Position numbers and translations under genes: made by a program | Source: Tubiluchus corallicola | Taxonomy: Eukaryota; Animalia; Priapulida | NCBI GenBank assembly: GCA_030141605.1 | Contig: JAQGDQ010000186.1 | Location: forward strand, 310,001-374,000 | DNA length: 64,000 nucleotides | Direction: 5' to 3' | Shown: positions 12,683 through 25,736 of the stretch, in pieces | How the letters are laid out: each line of letters opens with the position of its first letter | Position numbering within the stretch: position 1 is the stretch's first letter | The notes under the pieces: model-generated | The model's input: the letters and a program-made list of their open reading frames with translations, nothing else | What the model was told of the DNA's origin: nothing | Database searches by the model: none

Positions 12683-15600
12683 CTGAAAAAACGTCATGTT
12701 AAAGATGTCAAATTAAAATGTGTTAATTAATATTATTGTTATCAAGTGGAGCTGGATGATAATTACTTACTATCAAAAATGATTTGAGTTTCCCTACCTT
12801 GCAATGAGGACCGATTTACTGCAGCTCTTAACGATTTTAAATTTCACTTTGAAATAAACTTTGTATGGTTTGGAAAAACGACTTTACACAGTCCTATAAT
12901 TCGATGATTATACGGTTTTCTGCCACTAGTACAGGAGGATTTCTTTTAGGGTTCTTCATTGCGATTACTGCAATACTTATTAGGCGGAGTGTGTCATAAT
13001 TTGACAAATTTTTGTAAAGCCTACTGAGGGAAATATAATGATGGTAGTGATATAATTAAATTTTTGATTCAGAAATTTTATATTCATGACAGTATGTTGA
13101 ATAAAAATACTTATTTTATCACGTTGCAGCTGTTTTTCAAGTAAAACTGTTTAGCAAGCTTCGACAGAGCGTATGATTTTCGATATATGATATTTTTACA
13201 AAGTCTCCTGAAGTAATTGCTTTGGTGTTGGTGACAGAGATGAAAGAGGCGGATGTGATAGCAAAAGTGATTGTCGTTATAGTGATGACGATTATGATAA
13301 CGGTAATGCTAAAACATCATCATGATGGGAATACCACTGCCAGCGCAATGATTGCAACGACATATAAGCGACGTACAGATGATACTCGTCGTATCAACGT
13401 TATATCCAAGTCCATGAAGAGTTTGTGTGACTGAAACTAGTTTTTCCTGTAAGGCTGATGCCCCTTCACCAGTTCCGCATTCTTCTTGCCTTGTGACTGA
13501 GATCACACTGGCGTTTATACACAGATCCTCAAGAAACTACATTAAGACGCAAACAAATATGTAAATATTGTCGTATGTGTTGGATTTTAAGAACACGTTT
13601 TTTGTCACTTTTCTATTTTGATATTCTACGTACGCACTAAGAATATCCCCGTATGGAGAGGTAAGCAGTACTTGTCCACCATGCGGAATGCATAATGGAG
13701 GAGTATTGAAAATTGCCAGCCTTGTACTAGTTTCCTATAAAGTACCAAATTTCTAGCTATTCTCCTTCCCAACAGTCTTCACTGTGTGTAGCTATTGTGA
13801 TATTGAAATTAGTAAGAAATCAACAATTCAGTATAATGTGCGGCCTCCAAGCTTCGCCCACTTGCAGCGCAAGGATGCATGTGCTTAAGCCAATTAACGA
13901 CATCCTGTAATTAATCTAAATAAAATTTATTACTCGAAACCAACTAGTGTTCAAATAGTTTTACCCAAAGTTTTCAATTTAAGATAGAGTTCTGTGTAAT
14001 CACAAAATTCAAAACCCAGTAAGAGCGTGGATCAGGTTCATCACAAAATTATTATGTCAGAACAATTTCCTATACAATAACTAAAATTCAAACCGTAAAT
14101 AAAAATACCTTTGATAGGTATTTACAAAGCGTCTTTGCAGTTCAACAGAGAAACCTATTAAGGTAGTTAAAATTTGTAATGACGTTTACATATGAGTAAT
14201 TAGGTAATACAGGTAATGAATGTGTGTTGACGTAAAGCGGTTAGCTATTGTAACACACAGATGAGAATTTTATTTTTTAATAGTAGGACCAGTTACATTA
14301 TTAGTACTTTATGTAACGACGAAAATAAATAAGTTTATCGGTAATCCACATTCACCTAAAAACTACAGATTTTGACTTTAAATTATTATGGGCCTACATG
14401 TTTATATAAACAGCTGGTTGAATTCTTTGGGATACATATAGTATGCTACATTTTAAACGCTGTTCTACTATTATGTTCATAAAGCACTGTCACGTCCCAA
14501 GAAAAACTTTAGTGATAACTAAAGATATAGTTATTTTTTATACAGATCGCCCCTAACAAGGCACGCGCCAGTAATTTTTTAATATTTCTAATTCACCTCG
14601 TTAAGCTAAATCGATTGGTGTTACTGAACTTTTTTAATTGATTATTATTCATGTTTAAGTGGTTAGCTGTAAGTGAAACCTTTTACATCCCTCTCATATG
14701 CGGCAGTCAAGGCACACCAAACCTGATATGACTAAAATGACAAGAATAATTATGACAAAATGGTAATAATCTTGAGTCTCCTTTTGAATCTTCAAGTTTT
14801 CAAATGCAAATTTAACGAAAATTATGGTAATCCGAAAATTCTTATACTAGGGACGGGTTACTAAAGGAATGACATAAACGTTTTCTTTTCTGTATAAGTG
14901 ATAAGTCAAGTGATTGCCACCCCCTTACGTTTGCCTTTTTGCTCATAAGCACATGTTGCTGTCTTACCGAAGCTTAAACATCACATCGATTTAAACTAAT
15001 CTCAAATCATTTTTCCAAACCTGTACGTATATATTTTTTATACTCCCAAAAGGAGTTTAAGCATCTTAATACAGGAAAAAGATTTAAACGGAAATTTTTT
15101 ATTGATTTTGACAGTTTTTGGCAAAAACCTTTCTTTCACGAAGCACTCTGCTAGCTATAATATTTCAACAATAAAGTTTCATGGCTTCCCCTTACTAGTA
15201 AGCATACCTGACTGTCGAATTTATTAGATTCTGTGGAAATGCTGCCAAAAGATTAATGGAATCACACTTCATTAATATCACCTTTTCGTTCTATATTACA
15301 CATCTGTTTTTTTCATAATTTAACTGTGAATGTCGAGTAGCGACATTTAGCTCTGGAACAGTTTTGAGTATTCATGAATATTACAACACATTCCTATGAA
15401 ACTAAATCATGCACAAATCAACACTTATGATCACCCATAATAATCATTTCTGTCACTATTGACCAATATACAACTGTTTACAAGTTCAGTAAGCTCAAAT
15501 TTGACAAAAGTTCATTGACTACAAAAGAAGAAAGCAACTATTGCTATCACGACGCCACTTTAGCCCCGAAGGTGATGTCACCCGCACCTATCCCTATCAC

Positions 15601-17312
15601 TTTCACTGCCAGGTTTGCCAATAACATGGCCAACACCTATCCTAAATTAAATCGTCTTCGGCAATTTAACATTTAGCACAATACTGTTCTCAATAAACAA
15701 AGAAAGTGTATTTAACGGATTATGAACTGTCCTAGCATAAAAGGTATTTTATGTATCACTGGCCATCTTAAACTGAGAATGCCATTGTTGTCTGATAGCA
15801 TGAATTTCAACCAAGTGAAATGGTCGGCAATTAACGAAGCTATATAATTAACTTGTGTTGATCTCCAATTATTTTCTGTTCTTAATCTGCATTGAGTGTG
15901 TCAAAAAGCCTGTGCCTTATTAAAACCAGCTTTGGGGACTTACCTTCACGTGTAATTTATTTATATTGCTTCTTTTTTCATCGTAACATACACGTGCATA
16001 CAAGATGGTTCGATAAAAAAATTCTGTCGCACTAACGTTGGCTAAAAACTTTAAATAGAAACTATTCCCATTTTGCATTATCATCTCTATCCATAAAGTA
16101 AATTTATAGTTCATAGTAGCTTTATTCAAGTCTACATGACATGGGTATTTTTGGTCTACGCTTGAAATTGTTCTAAAAGGCACCTAACTTGCAAATCATA
16201 AAAATTATATATATATATATATATATATAATGCTTTATTTTCATATCAAGGCATTATAATTCATTTCAAAAGTGTTTACGGTGCCTTTGCTGCTATTCAT
16301 TAAATAATTTGTAAAGTGAAATAAGGCTGTGCATTTTACAAAATCTGAAACAATAAAGGTACGAAACAAAGTACACATAAAGTGATTTAATAATTTTTGA
16401 ATATGAAGTTAACAAATATTTTGTGATATTGCAGATAGCTTACCTGTTTTTTGGCACCTATAATCCTGTATTTAAAGAAGTAGTTTTTCTATTTCAGTTA
16501 TTAAAATTATGTAAGGTGCCCAGCTGTCATATAATGATAGAAGAAATATTTCAAATCGTCTCAAGAAATCAACGCAATAAACAACAATACATATTTACAC
16601 AGCACTAGAAAAATCTCTGTTTGCTAAATCATTTTCACTGTCAGTAACAAAATTCCATTTCTTTTGAACACCTCCGTTGCAGGCACTATAGTGGTTATAA
16701 ACCAACCACGATTTTATTAATTTCTTACACGTTCCAAATCTCCACTTCACCTTTTGAACTTCATAGCAAATGAAGCAAGTTTAGTTGCAATTACTTTACA
16801 TTAAAGCGTAATTAAATCCCGAATTTTTGCAACAAACCGCTGATATTTTTCTAAAATATTTCGATAATAAGTACAAGCGATTATTAATTATTCTTGTTGC
16901 GATTGAAATTGTTATTATCTTACTTTACTAATCGATATAAAATTGCGAGCCCATCGATTATTTAAGTCGCTGGTGCAGTCAATAATAAAAGTTCTATTAC
17001 TTTTTAAATCTTATTACAACCTTACGTGCTGCTACCTGTAATTTGTCAACTTCATAACTACGTTACCAGTGTAATGTGCAGGTAATTACGCATATAATAC
17101 ATATTTACTAAAGAACGTAAATAGAAAGTACTACGTAAAACGAAAGAAAAGCCAGAAAGATTAAATCAGCAGTTACATAAAAAATCGGCGTGACAGTGAA
17201 CGAAAAGGTCTGTATTTCAATTAGGTGTGTTGTTCATATGCACCATATTGAGATATTATAGTTTATTAGTATATAGTACAAAGTAGTACATAACTGGCTA
17301 GTACTAGTGTAT

Positions 17313-17396
17313 AAGAGAGAAAAGAAGGGGAGAGAGCGAGGGGGAGAGATAGAGAAAAAGGGGGAAGAGAGAGAGAGAGAGGGGAGGGAGAGAGAA
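17313..17396 (+). repeat. GA-rich polypurine tract
   Basis: ~80 nt almost entirely A/G (agagagaaaagaaggggagagag...). Confidence 0.85.
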
Positions 17397-19136
17397 TAAT
17401 ATCAAGCCACTTACCCTTTTCAGTTGGTACTACGTCGACCGCGTCATCATTCAGTTAGTTGTAAAATAAAGCTATAGGCTTAAATTAAACTACGAACCAC
17501 TACCCTACGTTCATAAATCTTTGAAAATTGGTTTAAAAATTGCGACTTACACAAATTTCACTTCAAGCTGTCATTTGTTTAACTCATAAAACGCTCTCCT
17601 CACACCAAATTTGCGTCAAAGGTTGCTCACATGTATTTTGATCAGCCAGAATCAGTTAAACAAGATTATTTCTTATAGAAAAAATTAAACAGCTAAACTT
17701 ATAAATCCTTTTTAATTAAAACAATTCTGAACACACTACTTGCCAGTAATTTGTTTGTCACTGATCGCAGAACTGGAATCTCATTATTTATAACACTTGG
17801 TGAAAGTGACAATTGCGGGACCCTCAAGTCCTGGGGCGTTAAATATCCAGTTTGTCACTATATTAATCAGGGGTCACAAACTCCTGCGAGTATCTCATTA
17901 ATTTTGTTTCTCGCAGAAATCTAAGCTTACTTGTAAACGTCGGCAAAAGAATGGGTTAAAATGGCAGACGATTTTTCAAACCACAGCCTTTGCCTTCATC
18001 ACACGATCATACTTGTTGCAACAAACAAAATGCGCAGAAGAAATATTACTTTTTATTTCTTAATAACTACACAAAAAACTAAAAAATGTACGTGCTTTAA
18101 AAAAGACGAAACATCAGTTAGCGTCTAACTTCATCTAAACTGTCAAACACTACTTGAGCGTTATAACTAACTGCTAAAGGCACTGTGTCGGAAAAAATGG
18201 AGTAATAACTACGTGCTTCTTAATTAGGTTCGATCAGTAGAAATTTCAAGTACCTGTACAATAAGTCGTTGACAACAAGCTCAGTAAATATGTTTATAAT
18301 AAAATTTAATGAGATGGCTTAAGGCGAGATAACACAAAGAAACATTTAAGAGTGTATTTGAATCAGATACAATAGTTACTTGGTGTATATTTAACAACAA
18401 TTAAAACAGCTTTCTAAACCTAGGCCTACTAAACTGTTTAAGACGTTAACCGTTTAAAAGTCTAGCATTTTGTCTTGCGATGTTACCTCCAAAATGTCAT
18501 CTGATTTTATCCCTGCTGTAACAGCTGTAACTGTTAAAACTACGATTTTATCCCTAATAAACTGTTTAGCACTAAAATGTGCATTTGAAATAAGAAAAAA
18601 TATATTTTCTAAGTTTAAATTAGTAGAAATTGTTGTAGATCACTACTTGAAAATGCTTTAGGAGGAAAGCATAATATGAATACAGAAGCAAGAAGTTTCA
18701 AAATTTAAGTTGACATTAATTAAAAAGTAGGAATGCTATTTTATTCTTTGCTACATACCAATATTCATATATCCGGCATGTGCCAATAATTATTAGCGCA
18801 AAAGTGCTAGATTATTGGAAGTTGGTGTAACTTTTTTGTAATATAAATTTTGCTTGAATCTACTGAAGAAAAGGATGTTAAAGATACGATACGGCACGAT
18901 GTTTATCGAGTATCGTATCGATACGAAAAATTTGATTTTGTCGTTATCGTAACGATATTATTCTAGGAATTTGGAGCGTATAGTTGCACACCGTTAAATA
19001 ATTATTTCACTGTACTTTTTTCATTTATGCACTGAAATTACACAAAAAGTTAAAAAAAGAATTATTTATAAGGTGATTTGAGTAATTTTCTTGCACTTTT
19101 TTTGCAATCTTTTTTCCTAATCTTCGTCAGTTTAAT

Positions 19137-19586
19137 CAGGGGCGGAACTAGGGGGGAGCGAGGGGGCGCCCCCCTGCAAAATCGGACAAATAATTTTTTT
19201 GCAGTGAAAATTGCAGTTCGCATGTTCGCACACAATAAACTTGTTGTCGTAAAAAAGCTGGTGTGACTTTTTGAATGATTATGAACGTTCCACATTTCAT
19301 TTTGACATTATTTCCTGCTCATTATTTTCTTAAAACTTGCGTGTGATAAATTTCTGTAAATAACAATTTAGTTAGAGGCACATTAATAACGTTAGGTTAA
19401 CTGAGAGTTAATTTTCTCATTATTGCTCTGTCCGCTACGCGGTCCTACACATGCTAATTATAGGCCAGCATGCAGTATAAAAGGGGTTAAAAATTAGCTT
19501 AACCATTACTTAACCACTTCGGATACCTCGCCCTTCCAGAAAATTTTTGCGCCCCCCCCTGCTTGCCACATCTAGTTCTGCCACTG
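19137..19586. mobile_element. hAT-type MITE, 450 bp
   Basis: TIRs caggggcggaactag / ctagttctgccactg. Perfect 8-bp TSD agtttaat at 19129-19136 and 19587-19594. Confidence 0.85.
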
Positions 19587-19609
19587 AGTTTAATGACATG
19601 CGAATGCCA

Positions 19610-19972
19610 TGCGAACACCACATATACCGCATCACATCACACCACACCATTCCATTAACATTATCCACAACCCACCACCAACAACACCACACCTGTCACA
19701 CTACACCAACATCACCCACAGCACACATCTCTACACCACACCACCCACACGTATCACACCACAACACTACCCCACATCACACCACCCACACGATGTTAAT
19801 CACACCATACCATCTACAGCATACTTTCTGCACCATATCATTCACACCACAATACCCTCTACTCACACCACTCCACCCATACCATGCCACACCCCCACAC
19901 AACGCCATCCACAGCATACTCACCACACCCACTACACCATGCCATATCACACCAAACTCTCACACATCACAT
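19610..19972 (+). repeat. Degenerate (CACCA/CACAC)-type low-complexity array, block 1
   Basis: C/A-rich, nearly G-free; produces spurious His/Thr/Pro ORFs in several frames. Confidence 0.85.
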
Positions 19973-20317
19973 GACGATGGCGATTATCAGTTGCACAAAT
20001 TGAGATTTTCTGGAGGCTGGTTGTACACTGAGCTTGGCACATTCCCGTTCTTTAGAAATAAGAGCTTATAAGTTATCCATTTTTCGCGAAAAGACGATCA
20101 AAATTGCCATTTTGCAGTTTGTTTGACCTGGCCGGTCCTCCCAGTTGACCCAGTTCGAAAAATAAATCCCCAGATGGAAATCTTTGGGTCGATCTCGAGA
20201 CCTTTTATTTGATGCGCAGATCATAAAATGGTGCTGTCGTTAGAACTGTAGGCTCGTTGGTTATATATACAACCATATATTATATATATATATATATACA
20301 TATATAGCCTAGCTAAA

Positions 20318-20785
20318 CCCACGACAACTCACACCACACTAGAATACACCATCGACACTATGTCACCCTCACTGCACTACACTACACCACCCATACCATG
20401 CCACAACCACCCACCACACCACGCCCATCGCCATACCATGCCCACCACACTGCCCCCATCACACCATTCACAACATACAACCCATATTATACGTTACAAG
20501 CACCCACCACATCACCATACCACCCAAACTATGGTACTCACACCACACCACCCATACTGTGCCACACCCACCACACTATAATTCACCCCCACACCACAAT
20601 ACTCATACCATGCCACACCACACCCACCATACCACCAACACCACCCACACATATCACCCAACTACACTACCCACACCACATCACACCACAATACCCGCAG
20701 CAGACCACCCACACTACACCACAGAATCCACAGCACACTTACCCCAACCACTACACAATATCACATCTCACTAAACCCCCCACAA
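20318..20785 (+). repeat. Degenerate (CACCA/CACAC)-type low-complexity array, block 2
   Basis: Same composition and motifs as block 1 (cataccatgccacac, cacaccacacc). Confidence 0.85.
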
Positions 20786-22742
20786 GACGATATGCAAAAA
20801 ACGGGCAAAAAGGGTTATAATAATATGTTATAAGAATGTTATAATCATATATATATATATAAACGCTCAAACATTTTTAAGCGATCAGAAACGCTATACT
20901 ATTATATAAAAGACAATTTTTGGCGTCTAAAGGAGTTTAAATATGAGATTACTATGTTTAGCTATGTATATATATATATATATATATATATAGGAGGCCC
21001 GCCAAGGCTTGATATTATAATAAATAAACATTTGAGCACTTCGCTTTCCGAGACCACATGATTTTAAACGGTCTATGAACATACAAGAAGTGTGCACGAA
21101 AATCTCACAAAACAGAAGTAGCGTAAACGCTCGTCATGAAATGCGCTAGTATGTGTATATTATTTTAATCAATATAATTAATTCTTTGCCAATTCTGACA
21201 AAAAATGCAGCTTAAGCCAATCATTATAACAAAATCTTAGTAATCATCAGAAAGCCATGAATTCAATTCAGTAAGGTACACTTTTCGTCCACATTGTCTA
21301 GAAAGTGATATTATAACTATCACAAACGTTATCAGTAAAAGCTGATTTTTCAATTATTTGAAAGTGCATGTACAGACTTTTGATGCCAAGTCATTAAAGT
21401 AGCACTAACTCTTCACTCATATCTACAAAGCCAAAGTGTGGGAACTGATAAACATAATATTTTTATGAATGAAGACTCAAGTTTTTATATTATTTGAAAG
21501 TGTACAGATAAAAATCAACAATAGTCAATCATATTTGGATGTCCAGCCATTAAATAAGCACTAAGTGCAATCAGCTCTTCATTCATATCTACAAAATTAA
21601 AGTATGGTGCAATTAATAATGAAAGCCTTCTACTGTCAGGAATCAAAAAGAAGTAACGTCATATTAGGACAGTATGTATATTGTATAGCTTCAGTTTTTC
21701 TCGGCTTTTTTTCAGGAACCTTCTGAAACAGTGTTCTTCAAGAAATCTTCAAGGTATAGCTTGGTCATTTTATTACTAACTCAATCTCGATTTTCCAACA
21801 ATTTTTACCTTTGCATGCCAGGCAACTAGTTTTCTCAAGCTTTCGATAATTACACTAGTAACAGCAGTTAAAGGGCTTAGAATAATAGGAATAATGCCTT
21901 ATGTACATGTTAGAGCATTTAACCATAATTGTACAGTCCATTCATATACAAAGTTTAACACTATGTACAAAAATAGAACAAGAAGTCACCCATCGAGTAT
22001 AAACAAAACTCAACAAGCCACAGATTTGAAAGTTTAAAATATTCATTTGTAACTATCACAAGCAATAGCTCTATTAGACTTTAATGTCTAAAAAAAAGTT
22101 ATTATAATAATTCAAGACTCAATAACAGGCATGATGGTAATAATTTAATGCCAATTATTCTTGGTGGACAAGTGAGATGGAATGAAAACAGACTCAATCC
22201 ATTTATTCTATTAGCTCATATATTCTACAATATTACTGAGATTGCATTATACCCGATATCAACTATAAACAGCTATGTGATAAATAAATAAGCAAAATCC
22301 TGATACATCAACATATAAAGCTAAACAATTTTTCTACTGTTTTATACTATGGTTCAAAACTAATTATAGTAACATAATAAATAGCGAAAAAAATAATATA
22401 GAATGAAAATAATACTTTAAAATACCATTTTATCAGTAGCAATAAATAAAATAGAAACCAATATATGGTGAACAAGGCAAATGTTTTTCTTTATAGTTTC
22501 AGACTTCATTTACCTAATTTCTACTATTTAACATTATAGCAGTCAAGTAACACCAACATTCATTCATTCAAGACAAGTAAAAAAGTTGCAGCAATAACAA
22601 GCAAGACACATTCATTTCCAGTGCAACATAATAACTGGGAAACAGTCAACAAAATTTGAACGCATGACCTACTTTACTTTTGCACAGTGTAAATAATTTC
22701 TAAGTAATCAATATGTCATTCTAATACCCTCATTTTTTGAGC

Positions 22743-25736
22743 TTAACCAGTTCCATATCTTGAAGTTTCAAAAACTCCTTTTTTGAAAAATGATGAAAAT
22801 TCCCATAATACATGTTTGGACATGGATGCCCTATTCTTAAAATGAAGTGGGCAATCTGGTTCTTCACGACAAACTGCTATCACTTGTTGAAGGTAATTCT
22901 CTAAATGTTTTTGCCGCTCAGATGCCACTTTCTCAGATTTGCTACTGAAGAACTTTTTAGGAGGAAAATACAAAGCTGCTACTTTTGGGTACTTGGTTTT
23001 CAGATGATTGTGCAACTCCCAGAATCTTCTGTATCTTCTGAAGATGATCCAAGAATCACTAAGCACACTCACACTTATTTCATATTCATAGAAGGAGATG
23101 GCACCGCTGCCACGTAGAATAAAGGACGGAATAGTAATGTGTACAGGATTGTCATAATCTGTACAATTTCTCTGGGATTGTTTTATCACCATTTTATCAT
23201 CTCTGTTTGATAAAACAGCTACATCACGTTTAGGCACAGTTGCACTTGTATTAGTACTTGAATCTTTGGACTCTATCTTAAGCATCAGTTGCTGAATCTC
23301 ACGCAAATGTTCATCTTTCAAACTCATGATCACTTTCTCCTTCTCTTTCTTTTCCTCTTCTCTCGCAAGCTTGCAAATTCTGTCAATATCATAAGTTTCT
23401 TCAAACAACCTACGTTTTACTTCTGCTTCTACCAATGCATTAATTCTCTCTTGAGCTTCCATTTCCTGAAGCTTGAGCTTTTCAGTTTCAATTTTATCTA
23501 ACTCAATCAGCTTTTCCTGATCAAATCTTTTCTTTTCTTCTTCAAGATTCTCAACATTAGCTTTATATTCTGTCTCCAAAATTGCAAGCTCTTTTGTTTT
23601 TATTAACAACTCTTCTTCTCTGAGACATAATGTATGACTGCTCTCCATAGTTTTACCTCCAGCTTCAGAGGTTTCCAGGTTTAAATTACTCCCATTACTA
23701 TTTATAGTATCGACAGGCTGTTTAAGCCATTCTGTTACTCGATTTTCATTTTTATTTAAGCTGTGCTTACACAGATCGAGCTCTTGTTTCAAAACTTCAA
23801 TGTCGTGTTTTTTCTTTTTGAGTGTCTCGTTTCTTGATTCTAAGCTTTCATTTCTTTGTTCTTCAGCATCAGAATAGGTCTGTTCAAGTTGTGTGATAAG
23901 TGCACGCTTTGCATCTATTTGTTCCAATTCTTTGTGATGCTTCAGTTCAAGTTCCCAACTGGTGTTCTGCAAAGTAAGGTTTTCAGAAGATTTTGTCAAG
24001 TCAGTGACAGACTGGCTCAGAAAAGATCTCCTGGATAAGGATGTATTACTGTGACCCTGTTTTTTAAGCTGTGCTGCCTCAGCAGGATGATTAAATCTAA
24101 ATACATTAGTCTGCCCCAGCAAAATTACACAACCTTGCCAAAGGCGGGTAGGCTCATGGACCAACTGACCATTCACAGCACATCTTGCATTTGATAAAGG
24201 TATAAGAGTGACTCTGCCATCGTCATCATGATGTATAATGCAGTGCTCCGGTTCCACATCCAATCCAGCGAGCAAAATATCTGGCTTTTGAGCTGCTCCT
24301 TTAGATCCAAGCCTCGTTTCTCCTTCCTTCAAATGATATAAAACAATACCTGTGCTGAGAAGATTATCATCTACACCTATTATATGCGGCAATTCCGAAT
24401 CAAGAACAATACCCATCCCTTCCATACGAAGTCCCAAATTTTTTTGCTCGCGAAGTATCTTGTTGATTTCTCTCCATTTTCCTTCCCATTCTTCAGTTAA
24501 AACTTTCACACGTGCTTCATTTTCATGCAATCGCTCCTGTACTCTTGGTGACAACCTCACATTTTCACCCAGCATTGCCTTTAATTTAGCAATTTCAGAG
24601 CGAAGTTCACGTATCAGTTTAACATTTGGATCTTCGTTCACCATGGGTTTATTGATAATGTTTTTGGCACGGTTTGCATATCTCAGGGTACTCAAAGTTT
24701 CGCCATAATTTATATCTGCAGGAGAAATTGTTGCAACCATAACAGTTTTAGAGTTTCCACCCAAACTGTCTTTAAGCAGCCATGTCAATACTGAATTCCT
24801 ATAAGGTATAAAAGGATTTTTTCTATCAGGAGACTTTATAGCACTCGAGTCAGCAAGAGCATGAATCACTGATCCTAGAGTCACCAATGATTTATTTATG
24901 CTTCCTCCTTCTCTCAAACGAACTCCAGCTGATCCAGCTGAATCTGCCCGTTCACTTCCAGCCAGATCTACAAGATGTATCTTGCTGACCATTTCACTTG
25001 GCATATCTTGAGAAAATCTAGCTTGGGAAAATGCAATGGTTAGTATGGCATGAGATCTGCTACTTGTATCATTCATATTTGTTGCTGCTGTTGTTCTGCT
25101 TTTATTTCCTTTGTTCATCAACTCAACAATGTCTGCATAATTCATTACCAAATGCCTTGACAAGCCTTGAACATAAGGTCCCTCCACAGGATGCTCTCTA
25201 ATCTTCAATGAGTGAAGTTGTGTACCACTTGACCTACTGTTTCTCAGTAAATCTCTGACACGCTCATTATATATTTCTATGTAACTTACTTCTGTTCGAT
25301 ATGTAACCCCATCATTCGCCCCATCCATTCTAGAAAAAAGACCTTTGCATATTCTAGGTGTTAAGCCGACATATTTTGGATCGTCCAAGTCACCCATCAT
25401 TGTATACGTTTTTCCAGAACCAGTCTGACCATATGCAAATACACAGGCATTATAACCATTATATGCAGAATCAATAACCCCCAAGCCTAAATCACAGAAA
25501 ATTTTTTCTTGAGAAACAAAATGCGGATCTCTGTCATCCACAGACCAGTACGAAAAATCGAAAGCAAATGTTTTTGCACGCTCTCTTCCAGAATCACCTT
25601 CAGCGCATTCCATAGGAATTTTGGGATTTACGATGCATGTCCGTTTATCCTGCATTGTTATGATGACAGAACTATCTAGCCCATCCTCTCGCCTATTCAG
25701 CGGACGGCATCTTACAGCTACTTTAACTGACGCCAT
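22743..25736 (-). CDS. KIF16B: Kinesin-3 family motor KIF16B (motor domain, FHA, coiled coil, C-terminal PX domain); single-exon 997-aa ORF
   Basis: Uninterrupted ORF starting MASVKVAVRCRP, with P-loop GQTGSGKT, switch I NDTSSRSH and switch II VDLAGSE. FHA-like segment (LYHLKEGETRLG...FRFNHP), PX motif FRRYRRF...FPPKKFF, and C-terminus FFKKGVFETSRYGTG closely resembling the human KIF16B end (FFKKGVFDYSSHGTG, from recall). Confidence 0.95.
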   Translation of the reverse strand: MASVKVAVRCRPLNRREDGLDSSVIITMQDKRTCIVNPKIPMECAEGDSGRERAKTFAFDFSYWSVDDRDPHFVSQEKIFCDLGLGVIDSAYNGYNACVFAYGQTGSGKTYTMMGDLDDPKYVGLTPRICKGLFSRMDGANDGVTYRTEVSYIEIYNERVRDLLRNSRSSGTQLHSLKIREHPVEGPYVQGLSRHLVMNYADIVELMNKGNKSRTTAATNMNDTSSRSHAILTIAFSQARFSQDMPSEMVSKIHLVDLAGSERADSAGSAGVRLREGGSINKSLVTLGSVIHALADSSAIKSPDRKNPFIPYRNSVLTWLLKDSLGGNSKTVMVATISPADINYGETLSTLRYANRAKNIINKPMVNEDPNVKLIRELRSEIAKLKAMLGENVRLSPRVQERLHENEARVKVLTEEWEGKWREINKILREQKNLGLRMEGMGIVLDSELPHIIGVDDNLLSTGIVLYHLKEGETRLGSKGAAQKPDILLAGLDVEPEHCIIHHDDDGRVTLIPLSNARCAVNGQLVHEPTRLWQGCVILLGQTNVFRFNHPAEAAQLKKQGHSNTSLSRRSFLSQSVTDLTKSSENLTLQNTSWELELKHHKELEQIDAKRALITQLEQTYSDAEEQRNESLESRNETLKKKKHDIEVLKQELDLCKHSLNKNENRVTEWLKQPVDTINSNGSNLNLETSEAGGKTMESSHTLCLREEELLIKTKELAILETEYKANVENLEEEKKRFDQEKLIELDKIETEKLKLQEMEAQERINALVEAEVKRRLFEETYDIDRICKLAREEEKKEKEKVIMSLKDEHLREIQQLMLKIESKDSSTNTSATVPKRDVAVLSNRDDKMVIKQSQRNCTDYDNPVHITIPSFILRGSGAISFYEYEISVSVLSDSWIIFRRYRRFWELHNHLKTKYPKVAALYFPPKKFFSSKSEKVASERQKHLENYLQQVIAVCREEPDCPLHFKNRASMSKHVLWEFSSFFKKGVFETSRYGTG

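Noticed and set aside
13222-13506. Overlapping short ORFs with a hydrophobic stretch
   Set aside because: Largely built on a degenerate (GAT/ATG) repeat, with no consistent splice sites or homology.
19510-20820. His/Thr/Pro-rich ORFs of 60-174 aa in several frames
   Set aside because: They arise from G-poor CA-rich repeats that lack stop codons in multiple frames. No splice or homology support.
22905-24708. Plus-strand ORFs overlapping KIF16B
   Set aside because: Antisense shadows of a real coding sequence.
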